From Edaphobacter aggregans (GTDB taxonomy: Bacteria; Acidobacteriota; Terriglobia; Terriglobales; Acidobacteriaceae), in assembly GCF_003945235.1 (NCBI RefSeq), contig NZ_RSDW01000001.1:4860001-4892000 (forward strand): a stretch of DNA of 32,000 bases. Direction: 5' to 3'. Shown here in pieces: positions 1-9,413 of this stretch (position 1 is its first letter; every line of letters starts with the position of its first letter). The position numbers were made by a program, and so were the translations under genes. The notes below the pieces were generated by a model, which ran no database searches, was not told the origin of the DNA, and saw nothing but the letters and a program-made list of their open reading frames with translations.

Positions 1-102
1 ACTATAAACGCGCCACGATGATCTGAACGCTTCTGGCTGCCGGAGCAGTTCCCGTTGGATTGCCTCAGGGCTGAGTACAAAATAAGAGACACACCGGTCC
101 AA

Positions 103-2052
103 TCACTTCAGGTAATACCTCCAGTCAAACGCCACTCGAATTCCTGCCAGGCCAATGGTGCGCAGATTCGGGGTAGGAGCGTTTACGGGTGACACAACTG
201 ACGTTTCAGTTGGTCTGTCGAATCCAGCGTAGAACTGGATCAAAGCACTGGAAGTCTGACTACGATAGAACGAACGGAATGGACGATACTCGAGGATTGG
301 GAAATCCACTTGAATTGATCGAACTGAGACAAGGGTACTGTCGAGCGGCGCCACGCCTGGAGTTGGCAGTTGCATTGGATTATGCGTGTCAAGCTTGTAC
401 CAACTGATGCCGGCTTCGCGTCCCAGCACGAACTGGAATCGGCCGATGGGGGTCGCAATGCCTGTCTGCCAGGGAATTAGGCCGCCATTGGCTGCTTGCA
501 CCGCCATCGTTTTTAATTTCTTCGGTGAGGTAAGAGCCAACAGGGGAGTCGCAATCACCATGTCGCCCGGGATCAGCCAGAACGGAGCGCGTACTCGTAA
601 AGTAAGTGCTCCGCGACCAGGTACGGTGGTCTCGCCTTGTGCTGGCCCATCCTGCCGATAGCCTACCCCGGCAAAAATCAAGCCGTCACCAGATTCATCC
701 AGCACACCTTCCAGACCGACACCTACACGACCTGAAGCCTCCAGGCCCGCCGTTCCACTCGCACCACTTTGACTGGCTCCGAATCCTCCGTTCATCCCTT
801 GACTAAAGGCGGCTGCGGATATACCCACGAATGGTCCAAATTCAGATCGGAAGCGAGGCAATTGACCTGGGACATCTCCCAGTGCAGGGATCGGTGTCTC
901 CGCGACGACCGGCACAAGGGCTTCGACTGCTTCCTTGTCGATCACTGCTGACGGGAAATGTGTTTCCTGGCAGGTGTTGAATGTATCCGGTTGGATAGTT
1001 TCGGAATTGTTTGGCTGTATCTTTAGCTTGCCATCAAGGGCGTTTGCCAATTGTGCGAGACTGTCCCGAACCGCCGTTGCTACGCGTTTCTTGCTCTCCG
1101 GATCGAGGAACGCATCACCTAGAGTAACGAACCGAGCGCCGTTCCACGTCGTAACTTCCACCCCGTGCTCGTTGTAATAGTCATGGGTACCCTTTCGCAC
1201 TGCTGTAGTGCCCCAATTGCCGACGACGTGGCCAGCGGCGAAGCCATCCTGCAAAAAATGCAGGGCATAGGCTTCATCAGCAAACGCAGCAAGTGCAACT
1301 TCCGTGCGGGCTTCGGGAGAGAGATGGCCCTCGGCGATGCGAGCCGCAGCGCCAAGGGCGCGCTCGTGGTAGAAAGTGTAAGTTCCCGCTGCATTCAGTT
1401 CCGCTCCGGGTCCGAGAACTAACGACAGGTAGGCTTCGGGGTCGATAGCGGTGTTTGGACGAGCGAGCAGGAAATGTGCATTGTTCGACATCGCGCGTGC
1501 GACGTAGGCGGGATCTGCGCGCAACAAGTCAATGTTGGAATGCCGCACCGCGTTCACGCGCTGATCGCGTCTCCTGGCGGCGGCGAGTTTCACCTCGAGT
1601 GTCCCACCAATTGCTGCCACCTTAGGAACCCACGGTGCAACAAGCACGTCGCGTAGCATCTCCTGGGCAGAACAGGAGTGATCGCCTGCGATGGCAGGCC
1701 ACGCAGCGTAGTCAATACAACCGGGAATTGGCCCGTTGGATGAGTCGCCCATTTGCGCGCACAACCGGCCTTCGTGGCCGTGTCGTGCCTCGGACCATAG
1801 CGCGTCGAGTTGCGAGCGCTGCTCTGGTTCGAGCATCTTGATGGCGAGGAATGTAATGCTCCTGTGTTCTGGATAGAGCCAGGCCAACACGGTCATCGGC
1901 GCGAAGGCGCAAATGCATGTCATCAAAATGAGACTTCCGATAGTCGTCCAACGAAGAGAATGTATTGGGTTCAAAGCTCCTGATGTCCACCGTGACAATC
2001 GCAAAGTTTCATGCGCCGTTCTCAGCGCGACCGATAGACGCCGTAGGATCAT
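103..2052 (-). CDS. Exported or membrane-anchored zinc phosphoesterase-like protein (S1/P1 nuclease / zinc phospholipase C superfamily N-domain) fused to a ~300 aa Gly/Ala-rich beta-type C-terminal domain of unknown family
   Basis: The ORF track gives 103..2085. I place the start at ATG 2052 because GGAGGTGG lies 7 nt upstream on the minus strand; TTG 2085 is only the longest option. A hydrophobic segment (LILMTCICAFAPMTVLA) is followed directly by WLYPEH (W-x4-H). Later comes HFLQDGFAAGH, which is H-x3-D-x5-H. That is the zinc-ligand spacing I recall for P1 nuclease (HFIGDIHQPLH) and Bacillus cereus PLC. I recognise no motif in the C-terminal half. Confidence 0.6.
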   Translation of the reverse strand: MILRRLSVALRTAHETLRLSRWTSGALNPIHSLRWTTIGSLILMTCICAFAPMTVLAWLYPEHRSITFLAIKMLEPEQRSQLDALWSEARHGHEGRLCAQMGDSSNGPIPGCIDYAAWPAIAGDHSCSAQEMLRDVLVAPWVPKVAAIGGTLEVKLAAARRRDQRVNAVRHSNIDLLRADPAYVARAMSNNAHFLLARPNTAIDPEAYLSLVLGPGAELNAAGTYTFYHERALGAAARIAEGHLSPEARTEVALAAFADEAYALHFLQDGFAAGHVVGNWGTTAVRKGTHDYYNEHGVEVTTWNGARFVTLGDAFLDPESKKRVATAVRDSLAQLANALDGKLKIQPNNSETIQPDTFNTCQETHFPSAVIDKEAVEALVPVVAETPIPALGDVPGQLPRFRSEFGPFVGISAAAFSQGMNGGFGASQSGASGTAGLEASGRVGVGLEGVLDESGDGLIFAGVGYRQDGPAQGETTVPGRGALTLRVRAPFWLIPGDMVIATPLLALTSPKKLKTMAVQAANGGLIPWQTGIATPIGRFQFVLGREAGISWYKLDTHNPMQLPTPGVAPLDSTLVSVRSIQVDFPILEYRPFRSFYRSQTSSALIQFYAGFDRPTETSVVSPVNAPTPNLRTIGLAGIRVAFDWRYYLK

Positions 2053-2340
2053 ACGCCGACCACCTCCGATGTCTTGGTGCTCCAAGTCGGTTGCTGGTCG
2101 GCGTGCTTGTTACGAACCGCTTCCGGGCTCAGCGAAACGATACCATACCGTCGATGCATGCTGCCCTCCTTGGAATGCGACAGCGGTTAGTTCTGTGGTT
2201 CTAGTCAACGATGCTCTACCTCTAGCACAGCACGTGGTGAACCACGAACTCGTCGAGCAAGGTGGACGCTCTGGATGACCTCTGGATTGCCAACAGATTG
2301 GTTGGTCGATGAGTAGACCAGAGTGCACAATTGAAACCGC

Positions 2341-2354
2341 CGGCGCTAGCGCCG
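2341..2354. repeat. 14-bp perfect palindrome CGGCGCTAGCGCCG in the divergent intergenic region between 103..2052 (-) and 2586..3998 (+); possible operator
   Basis: Read directly: the sequence equals its own reverse complement. It lies about 290 bp upstream of the minus-strand gene and about 230 bp upstream of the plus-strand gene. Its function is unknown. Confidence 0.3.
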
Positions 2355-2585
2355 AGAAGCAACAGGCGTGATCCGTCATTACTACGAACATTGGAACCCA
2401 TATTGGGATGTTGATCACTAAGGAAATCGTCCGTAGCCACTATCACTAATCAACATTCGCTACAAGCCAGCCGTATCGCTGAACGGAGCCGCTCTGGCAA
2501 CCATCACCATCACACACCTTTGCACATCTCCTCGCGAGGTCTTACGTTATATTCGAGGCAACCACGAAGGCAGGAGATATCGTTC

Positions 2586-3998
2586 ATGAAGTCATACACT
2601 CGGTCTAGGAAACTGCTCGGCGCGGCGAGGCCGCGCATCTTTCACAGCCTGCTGCTCTCGACGTTGATGCTGACAGCGGTATTGGTCGCGCTTTCCCCAC
2701 CGGGTGAAGCACAACCGACGTCCCCTGTGGTAGGCGAATCCATACTCTTCCAGAATGTTCGTATCTTTGACGGAAAGAGTTCAACGCTTTTGACGCTTTC
2801 TAATGTGCTCGTCCGGGGCAATAAGATCGAGCGCATTTCGACAAGCGCGATTGCCGTCGACGCAGGTACGCGGGTGATCGACTGCGGCGGTCGAACATTG
2901 ATGCCTGGTCTCATCGATATGCACTGGCATGCCATGCTGATCCGTCCCACGCCGGCCGAGGCCATCTTTGGTGACGTGGGCTACAACAATCTCATTGCCA
3001 GCGACGAGGCGAAGGATACGCTAATGCGCGGTTTCACTACGGTCCGCGATGTTGGCGGCCCAGTATTCGGCCTGAAACACGCCATCGACGATGGAACCAT
3101 CGTCGGCCCGCGCATCTATCCATCGGGCGCGATGATTACCGTAACGAGTGGTCATGGGGATTTCCGCCAATTGACCGATCTGCCGCGAACGATCGGTGGT
3201 CCCCCCACACGGGGGGAGCAGATTGGCGGCATGGCTATTGCCGATAGTCCGGACGAAGTACGCGTGCGTGTTCGGGAACAATTGATGCAAGGTGCTTCCC
3301 AGATAAAGCTCACCGCAGGAGGCGGCGTTTCATCGCCATTCAGTCCGATCGATGTGGTCACCTTTACCGAACCGGAGCTTCGGGCCGCCGTGGAAGCCGC
3401 CCAAAACTGGGGCACTTACGTTACGGTACATGCCTTCACGCCCGAAGCGATCCAGCAGGCCATTGCGGCGGGTGTGAAGTGCATCGAGCATGGCTTTCTA
3501 ATGGACGATGCCACCGCGAAACTGATAGCCGACAAAGGCATCTGGTTGAGCCTGCAGCCACTCCCCGACGAATTGCGGACCGGTTTTCCTGAAGGGTCGG
3601 TGCAGCGAGAAAAGGCCGACGAAGTCTTCCCTGGGATCGCTAAAACATATGTTCTCGCGAAGAAGTACAAGATCAAGACAGCGTGGGGCACCGACGTGCT
3701 GTTCTCTCGTGCGCTCGCACAACGGCAGGGTGCGATTCTGGCTTCACTTGTCCGTTGGTATACGCCCTCTGAAGCGTTGATCATGGCGACATCAACCAAC
3801 GCCGAATTGCTGGCGTTGTCGGGAAAGCGCAGTCCGTATCGAGGCAAGCTCGGCGTAGTGGAGGTCGATGCCCTTGCGGATCTTCTACTTGTCGATGGCA
3901 ATCCGCTTCAGGACATTAATCTTGTCGCCGATCCGGCCAAGAATTTCGTGATCATCATGAAGGACGGGAAGATCTATAAGAACGCACTGACGAAATGA
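2586..3998 (+). CDS. Exported metal-dependent amidohydrolase family protein (imidazolonepropionase-like group)
   Basis: The ORF is 2520..3998. I chose ATG 2586 because AGGAGA (2572..2577) lies 8 nt upstream and the N-terminus then reads MKSYTRSRKLL plus a hydrophobic signal or anchor (LLLSTLMLTAVLVALSPPGEAQ). Classic amidohydrolase motifs are present: MPGLIDMHWH (HxH), KLTAGGG, VTVHAF, CIEHG and WGTDV. Confidence 0.9.
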   Translation: MKSYTRSRKLLGAARPRIFHSLLLSTLMLTAVLVALSPPGEAQPTSPVVGESILFQNVRIFDGKSSTLLTLSNVLVRGNKIERISTSAIAVDAGTRVIDCGGRTLMPGLIDMHWHAMLIRPTPAEAIFGDVGYNNLIASDEAKDTLMRGFTTVRDVGGPVFGLKHAIDDGTIVGPRIYPSGAMITVTSGHGDFRQLTDLPRTIGGPPTRGEQIGGMAIADSPDEVRVRVREQLMQGASQIKLTAGGGVSSPFSPIDVVTFTEPELRAAVEAAQNWGTYVTVHAFTPEAIQQAIAAGVKCIEHGFLMDDATAKLIADKGIWLSLQPLPDELRTGFPEGSVQREKADEVFPGIAKTYVLAKKYKIKTAWGTDVLFSRALAQRQGAILASLVRWYTPSEALIMATSTNAELLALSGKRSPYRGKLGVVEVDALADLLLVDGNPLQDINLVADPAKNFVIIMKDGKIYKNALTK

Positions 3999-4217
3999 TT
4001 CAAGTCGGGCGCTGATCTAGAATTCGGCGCCTGCGAGCCTGTGGGCGGCTCTGGAGTGACCGGTTTGAAATGTGCCAGTGGGTAAGAGAAAACTGGACAA
4101 CGAGAGACGAGCAGATGGCACGAGATAAGCGATATTAGTCTGAGCAGGTGGTAAACCTGGTTCGATAGATCGAAGTGGTCGTAGTTCTCTGTGGCGTTGA
4201 GCTGACTCGGTTTATGG

Positions 4218-5047
4218 TTACTCACGGCGCGTTCGATTTAAGCCACGTGATTTCATTTGGCGACGACAAGGCGATGTACTCCTCGGCCGATCATCGGTAG
4301 ACACAAGGACGCGTTTGCCGGTCCTTATCCGTGAGGAGCGGAATACCTGCACATGACCGACGTCACATGACCCAGCTTGGACGTACCTTGCTTCTCCTGG
4401 AAGAGAATGGGGCACTACCTCAACGAAACTATTTGGGCATGGGGATTGAGACGGCTTTGCCGACGCCGCGCTCGGCGATCCAGATTGTGTCGACTACAGG
4501 TTCGACTCCGGTTGGTGTTTCGAGCCTTCCTTGAGCCCAGTGATCCGCCGCAACCCGGCTGTAACCGCGAGCATGACCATCAGCTGCGCATCCGGCTCCA
4601 ATTGAGGCAGGATTTCTTGAATTTTTCTTGGGTTCGAGTACTACGGGGTCCCTTCGACGCTTTGCACTCTGCCGCACAAGTAGTGATGGGGTTCCTGCCC
4701 TGCTCGAGCCATTCACAACGGATCGCAGGTTTCACCAGCAATGGCGCTAATCCCCGACTGAAGTCGTGAGTTGAGGTAAGGGGTTTTGAGTTCCTTCATG
4801 AACTCGATGAGGTTGGCCCGATCGAAACCTCGGAACGTGTAACTGGTGATGTTGAGTCGGATAGGCGAAGACAAGAACGACTTAGCCATTGGGGAGCTGG
4901 CTCGTTTCGGAAGACGCGCAGCGGCGGCAACCACGCTGCTTCCATTGAGCAGACTGCTCGATATATAGATGAACCCATGCCGTGGAACAGTACCGGCAAA
5001 CGCTTTTGATCGTCCCCAATTGGAAGAATAGACAAACGAAAAATCAT
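4218..5047 (-). pseudogene. Decayed alpha/beta-hydrolase gene (haloalkane-dehalogenase/epoxide-hydrolase-like) broken into at least 3 reading frames
   Basis: Similarity is split across minus-strand ORF fragments in different frames. 4796..5047 gives ...RLPVLFHGMGSS, like the HG oxyanion region. 4713..4934 gives SYTFRGFDRANLIEFMKELKTPYLNSRLQSGISAIAGE, like the YTF...L..F...L...LV.QDWGG nucleophile region but with the nucleophile motif lost. 4218..4415 gives LPGEARYVQAGSCDVGHV, like the lP.a....i...GH catalytic His loop. The total span of about 830 nt fits one ~275 aa hydrolase. I see no intact ORF longer than 95 aa on this strand. Confidence 0.4.
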
Positions 5048-5164
5048 TTAACTCCAGTTGACTATGTTCGATCGTTGGTGGTAGCGTGCGTTCGTTCGTT
5101 CTTCAAACAATAAGTTGTGTTGAGAGTTGTTCTCGGGCCCTTCTTTTTCGGGAGGTTCAGAGTG

Positions 5165-8100
5165 ATGAAACGCAAAATCATAGTGTGTGGTCTGTACGCT
5201 GTGCTCTTCTTCCTGGGTTCGTCAATTGCTATGTTCGGGCAGGCAGTTAGCGGAACTCTGGTAGGCACGGTAGAGGATAGCAGCGGAGCAGCAGTTGTTA
5301 AGGCTTCCATAACGGCAACAGAAGTGGGAACTGATAGAACGTATCAATCAGTGACCAATGAAACCGGAAACTACACCATTCCCAGCCTTCCACCGGGCCG
5401 GTATACGGTAACGGTTTCAGCGGCCGGTTTCAAGAAGTGGACGCACGAGAATATCGACATATTGCTGAACTCAACAACTCGCGTCGATGCTGACGTCGTG
5501 CCGGGTAGCGTGTCAGAAGAGGTTTTGGTAACGACCGCTCCTCCGCTGCTCCAAACTGACCGAGCGGACATCAGCACAAAGCTCGAGACGCACGACATCG
5601 CGAACCTGCCGCTGAGCACCAATCGCAACTTCCAGTCTCTGTTGAATCTTGTCCCTGGAACATCGCCAGCTACCTTCCAACATTCGCAGTTCTTCAACGC
5701 GCAGAGTTCGCTGCAGACTCAAGTGAATGGCATGCCGCGCCAGAGCAATCTATACCAGATCGAAGGCATCGATGATGATGAGCGTACGGGGCTGCTGCAG
5801 ATCATCATTCCGTCGGCGGAAGCGATTCAGTCAGTCGATATCTCGACAAACAACTTCGACGCAGAGCTTGGACGCGCCATGGGCGCTGTAACGAATGTGG
5901 TACTGAAGTCAGGCACCAACGCATTTCACGGATCAGTGTTTTATTTTATCCAGAACAGTGCGGCGAACGCGCGGTCCTACTTCAGTGGTCCATTGGGGCA
6001 TCTCGCCTACAACAATGTCGGAGGGGCAATCGGAGGTCCGATCTTCAAGGACAAGCTGTTTTTCTTTGGTGACTACACGCACACCTCTGATCATGAGTCG
6101 ATCGGAAGCACATTCACGATTCCAGACTCTCGCTACTACACGCCGAACGCTCAGGGTTTTATCGATTTGAGTTCTACACTGGGCGCTCAAGCCGGCCTTT
6201 TCCAGACCGGACAAGTCTTCGATCCCAACACAGGCGATGGCACGGCAGCGCATCCGCGTACACCCTTCGTGAATAACCAGATCCCGTTCAGCCGGGTCAA
6301 TCAAGTTTCGCTGTCGATTCTGCAGAAGGTGAACGCTGCTGCTGCCCAGTATGGAAAGCTGAATTCAACGCTGCCGTTGTCCGCCCCAACGAACAACTAC
6401 ACGACAAACCTCCCGTTTACGAAGTCGACAGACAGCTTCGACACGAAGATCGACTTCACGCTCAATGAGAGGAATCACGTGAGCGGGCGCTACAGCTATC
6501 AGCGTGTTAATACCTTTCAGGCTCCAGCCTTTGGTTCATTCCTTGGGGGACCCGCGGGCGGCGGCTTCCAGGGTACCGGTGCGCAGAATTCCTACAGCTT
6601 TGGCGTAAATTACGACCATGTCTTTTCGCCTACGCTGTTTACCGAAGCCCGTTTTGGCGTCGCCCACCTTCGTAACGATGCTCAGCCCAGCAACTACGGT
6701 TCGCCCGACGCGACCACGCTGGGAATTCCGGGTGTAAACCTCGACCAGTTTACGAGCGGCCAGGTCGGTTTAACGATTAATGGCGGTTTCACGGGCACGT
6801 TGATCGGCTACTCTGCCTCTGTGCCCTGGATCCGCGGCGAATCGAACATCGACTTCGTGAACAACTGGACGAAGATCATCCACAACCACACGGTGAAGGC
6901 AGGCATAGACCTACGGCGCGTGCGAGATGATCTGCTTCAGGATCAGACCTTCAGTCCACGCGGCGTCTATACATTTAGTGATGTTCAGACATCAGACTCA
7001 CGCGCAAAGACTAACATCGCTAACGACATCTCGAGCTTCCTGTTGGATCTGCCAAGCCAAGTGGGCCGCGATTTAAACACTTACTTCCCGGGCTACCGTC
7101 AGTGGTGGTTCTTCGCCTTCGCGAACGACAAATGGCAGGCGACGTCGAGGCTGACGGTGGATCTGGGTGTGCGGTGGGATTTCTATCCCCCAGCCACTCC
7201 CAGACTAGCAGGCGGCTTCTCCAACTATGACCCTGTCGCCAACAACCTTGTAATCGCAGGCCTGGGCAACAACCCTTCGAATCTGGGAATGCAGACGCGA
7301 TATCGCTACTTCGCGCCGCGCACCGGAGTCTCCTACCGAGTGACGGACGATACCGTCATCCGTGCAGGGTTTGGTATTAGCTACACGCCTTTTCCCGACA
7401 ACGTCTATGCCTACAACTACCCCATCAGAGCAAATAATAGCTATGGTCTGGTAGGCTCCAGTCCGTTTACCCCTGCGGTGCTCGCTGACGGAGTAACAGT
7501 GGCTACCTTCCAGGCCGGCTTCCCAGCTCCTGTTCCGGTTCCGATTCCAACCAATGGAATTATTCCCGTCAATACCCCCCAACTTAAGAGCCAGACGTAC
7601 TTCTACATCCCCCTCACGTATAAGAATCCCTACGTCATGTCCTGGAACGTTGCACTGCAGCAAGCCTTCCGCGGCAATCTCTCGATGCAGATCGCCTATG
7701 TGGGCAACCACGGAGTAGATATCTCAGGAGCCCAGAACATCAACTTACCCAGCACCTTTGGTGGTGGCAATGCCTCGCTCCCGGAAAACATTGCCTTCGG
7801 ACGCACGGCCGCGACCAATCAGTATTACCTCCCCTTCTCCTCCAACTATCATTCTCTACAGGCCCAGTTGAATAAGCGCTTCTCCAACGGCCTCGCCTTC
7901 ACCTCCGCGTTTACCTGGGGCAAAGCGATGGGTTACATCGCGAACACCGGTCCGGCAGGTAGTCCAGATAACGGCGGTCTGCTCTTCTTTATTGGCGGCC
8001 GCAGAAATTACGCTCCGCTGGACTTCGACCGCACTCTTAACTACGAGCAGAGCTTTACCTACGAACTTCCCTTTGGTCGTGGTCACACAATGCTCAACTC

Positions 8101-8638
8101 AGGGTTTGCTTCTTACGTCCTGGGAGGCTGGAGGATCGCGGGAGTCATCTCCGTAGTCTCAGGCCTGCCATTTACAGTCGCTACGAACGGCGCGAACCTC
8201 AACACGCCTGGAACAACGCAAACTGGAGACCTGACAGGTGTCTACCGTGTATCCCACGCCGTAGGCGCGGCTAACCATTGGTTTGATCCAACTGCGTTCT
8301 CCACCCCCAGTGGATGTCCAACGTCAGATTGCACAGCGCAGAATGTTGGCGTGGGCACCTCGGGAAGGAACCAGTTCCGCGGACCTGGTTACATCCAGGA
8401 CAACATCTCCATCTTCAGAGGCTTCCCGATCTTCCGTGAAGCCTCTGGGGAGTTCCGGTTCGATGCCTTCCAGTTGAGCAACACGCCTCAGTTCGCCAAT
8501 CCAACGAGCAATAACTGCTGCGCGACGACGAATAGCAGCTTCGGCACCGTAACGAGCACGCTTGGCAGCGGACAAGGGAGCGTAAATGGTGTGGGCGGAG
8601 GACGCAGCCTGCAACTTTCGGCTCGTATCAACTTCTAG
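5165..8638 (+). CDS. TonB-dependent receptor-type outer-membrane protein with N-terminal carboxypeptidase-regulatory-like domain (1157 aa)
   Basis: The ORF is 5117..8638. ATG 5165 follows GGAGG (5151..5155); an in-frame GTG at 5162 is an alternative. Signal peptide: MKRKIIVCGLYAVLFFLGSSIAMFGQA. The CarboxypepD_reg signature reads GTLVGTVEDSSGAAVVKASITATEVGTDRTYQSVTNETGNYTIPSLPPGRYTVTVSAAGF. A plug-like segment (PLLQTDRADISTKL...NLPL) follows. The long beta-rich body ends in a terminal Phe (SARINF). Confidence 0.9.
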   Translation: MKRKIIVCGLYAVLFFLGSSIAMFGQAVSGTLVGTVEDSSGAAVVKASITATEVGTDRTYQSVTNETGNYTIPSLPPGRYTVTVSAAGFKKWTHENIDILLNSTTRVDADVVPGSVSEEVLVTTAPPLLQTDRADISTKLETHDIANLPLSTNRNFQSLLNLVPGTSPATFQHSQFFNAQSSLQTQVNGMPRQSNLYQIEGIDDDERTGLLQIIIPSAEAIQSVDISTNNFDAELGRAMGAVTNVVLKSGTNAFHGSVFYFIQNSAANARSYFSGPLGHLAYNNVGGAIGGPIFKDKLFFFGDYTHTSDHESIGSTFTIPDSRYYTPNAQGFIDLSSTLGAQAGLFQTGQVFDPNTGDGTAAHPRTPFVNNQIPFSRVNQVSLSILQKVNAAAAQYGKLNSTLPLSAPTNNYTTNLPFTKSTDSFDTKIDFTLNERNHVSGRYSYQRVNTFQAPAFGSFLGGPAGGGFQGTGAQNSYSFGVNYDHVFSPTLFTEARFGVAHLRNDAQPSNYGSPDATTLGIPGVNLDQFTSGQVGLTINGGFTGTLIGYSASVPWIRGESNIDFVNNWTKIIHNHTVKAGIDLRRVRDDLLQDQTFSPRGVYTFSDVQTSDSRAKTNIANDISSFLLDLPSQVGRDLNTYFPGYRQWWFFAFANDKWQATSRLTVDLGVRWDFYPPATPRLAGGFSNYDPVANNLVIAGLGNNPSNLGMQTRYRYFAPRTGVSYRVTDDTVIRAGFGISYTPFPDNVYAYNYPIRANNSYGLVGSSPFTPAVLADGVTVATFQAGFPAPVPVPIPTNGIIPVNTPQLKSQTYFYIPLTYKNPYVMSWNVALQQAFRGNLSMQIAYVGNHGVDISGAQNINLPSTFGGGNASLPENIAFGRTAATNQYYLPFSSNYHSLQAQLNKRFSNGLAFTSAFTWGKAMGYIANTGPAGSPDNGGLLFFIGGRRNYAPLDFDRTLNYEQSFTYELPFGRGHTMLNSGFASYVLGGWRIAGVISVVSGLPFTVATNGANLNTPGTTQTGDLTGVYRVSHAVGAANHWFDPTAFSTPSGCPTSDCTAQNVGVGTSGRNQFRGPGYIQDNISIFRGFPIFREASGEFRFDAFQLSNTPQFANPTSNNCCATTNSSFGTVTSTLGSGQGSVNGVGGGRSLQLSARINF

Positions 8639-8963
8639 TCGAACTCCCGTTTTGAACAATGGATCGGCGGCTGTGAAGAACAGTCGTGGGCTTCTTTACA
8701 AAATGGTCGTAGGAACTTCCAGGGTTTTGAACATGACTCTTTGCCTCCCTACTTTCCGCGATACGGAATGCTTCCCATATGCCCACTCCCCATTGCTGAT
8801 TTCTATCGGCTCAAATCAGACTTTAGTCACCGTGATCAACCAAGAAATTGAACTGAGATGCTCTGCAAACGATTTGAGCTATAAAGCCGTATTAGGCACT
8901 CAGCGCGCTTCGATCTAGACGAGCCAAAACAGCAGCAAGCCCGCGTACTCTATGAGCAAATGG

Positions 8964-9131
8964 CTACCTTTGGGGACGGAGGATAAGTTTCTGCACGCGC
9001 CAGTTCAGTAACTCTGCGACAAAGAGTACGTTCTCGGACGGGCATGCGATCTCGTGAATCCAGCCAAATTGCTTTAGCTGTTTGCCCGACTCAATTATTC
9101 CCGGATAGTCAGCGACTAGGAAGTAATCAGG
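8964..9131 (-). pseudogene. Orphan 3' remnant of a beta-propeller (NHL/SMP-30-like blade) gene
   Basis: A 55-codon open stretch on the minus strand has no start codon: PDYFLVADYPGIIESGKQLKQFGWIHEIACPSENVLFVAELLNWRVQKLILRPQR*. The pattern ..VAD...I...G...G.F...H.IA......L.VAE..N.RVQK. matches the last blades of NHL-type propellers as I remember them. All three minus frames upstream (9132..9413) are full of stops. Confidence 0.3.
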
Positions 9132-9413
9132 CTATGTCCAATTAGACCGTTAATCAGGACCAACAAGGATCTGTTGATCCTTATACGAAGCTCGATGAGT
9201 GTATTGGCGAATAAGCGACAGCCAAGTACTCCCGCGGCATTCACACCATTCATTGGTCAATAGCGCCAAGTGAGTCTGCATCCTTCAAAATCGACGTGGT
9301 CTTGATCCGCCCGCGCTCATGTGCCTTGGCCCGGGGTGAATTGCTGAGGTTGTTCATCTCTATGGGGAAGAGCCGTGTCCATCAACTGGGCCTTGGTCTC
9401 AGGGGCAGATAGG

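Noticed and set aside
1-102. An open minus-strand frame running from TTG 102..100 to the window edge (LDRCVSYFVLSPEAIQRELLRQPEAFRSSWRVYS...).
   Set aside because: Only 34 codons are visible, there is no RBS and no motif, and it starts immediately after the upstream stop codon in the same frame. The evidence is insufficient to call a gene.
3416-3901. Other ORFs of more than 150 aa that overlap confident genes, either antisense or in an alternative frame on the same strand: 3416..3901, 7205..7711, 10843..11313, 19183..19683 and 21687..22166. Also the alternative-frame plus-strand ORF 12497..13057.
   Set aside because: Each overlaps a gene with clear family motifs, has no recognisable motif itself, and has arginine- and serine-rich junk composition. 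These are shadow ORFs.
4496-4520. A tRNA-like T-arm sequence, ACAGGTTCGACTCCGGT followed by TGGTGTT, which could be a tRNA gene or a tRNA-3'-end att site.
   Set aside because: The T-stem pairs at only 4 of 5 positions. I cannot find a complementary 5' acceptor strand (pattern RRYRYYR) at the right distance upstream, nor D and anticodon arms. The segment lies within the alpha/beta-hydrolase relic. It is probably coincidental, but tRNAscan-SE or ARAGORN on 4400..4540 would settle it.
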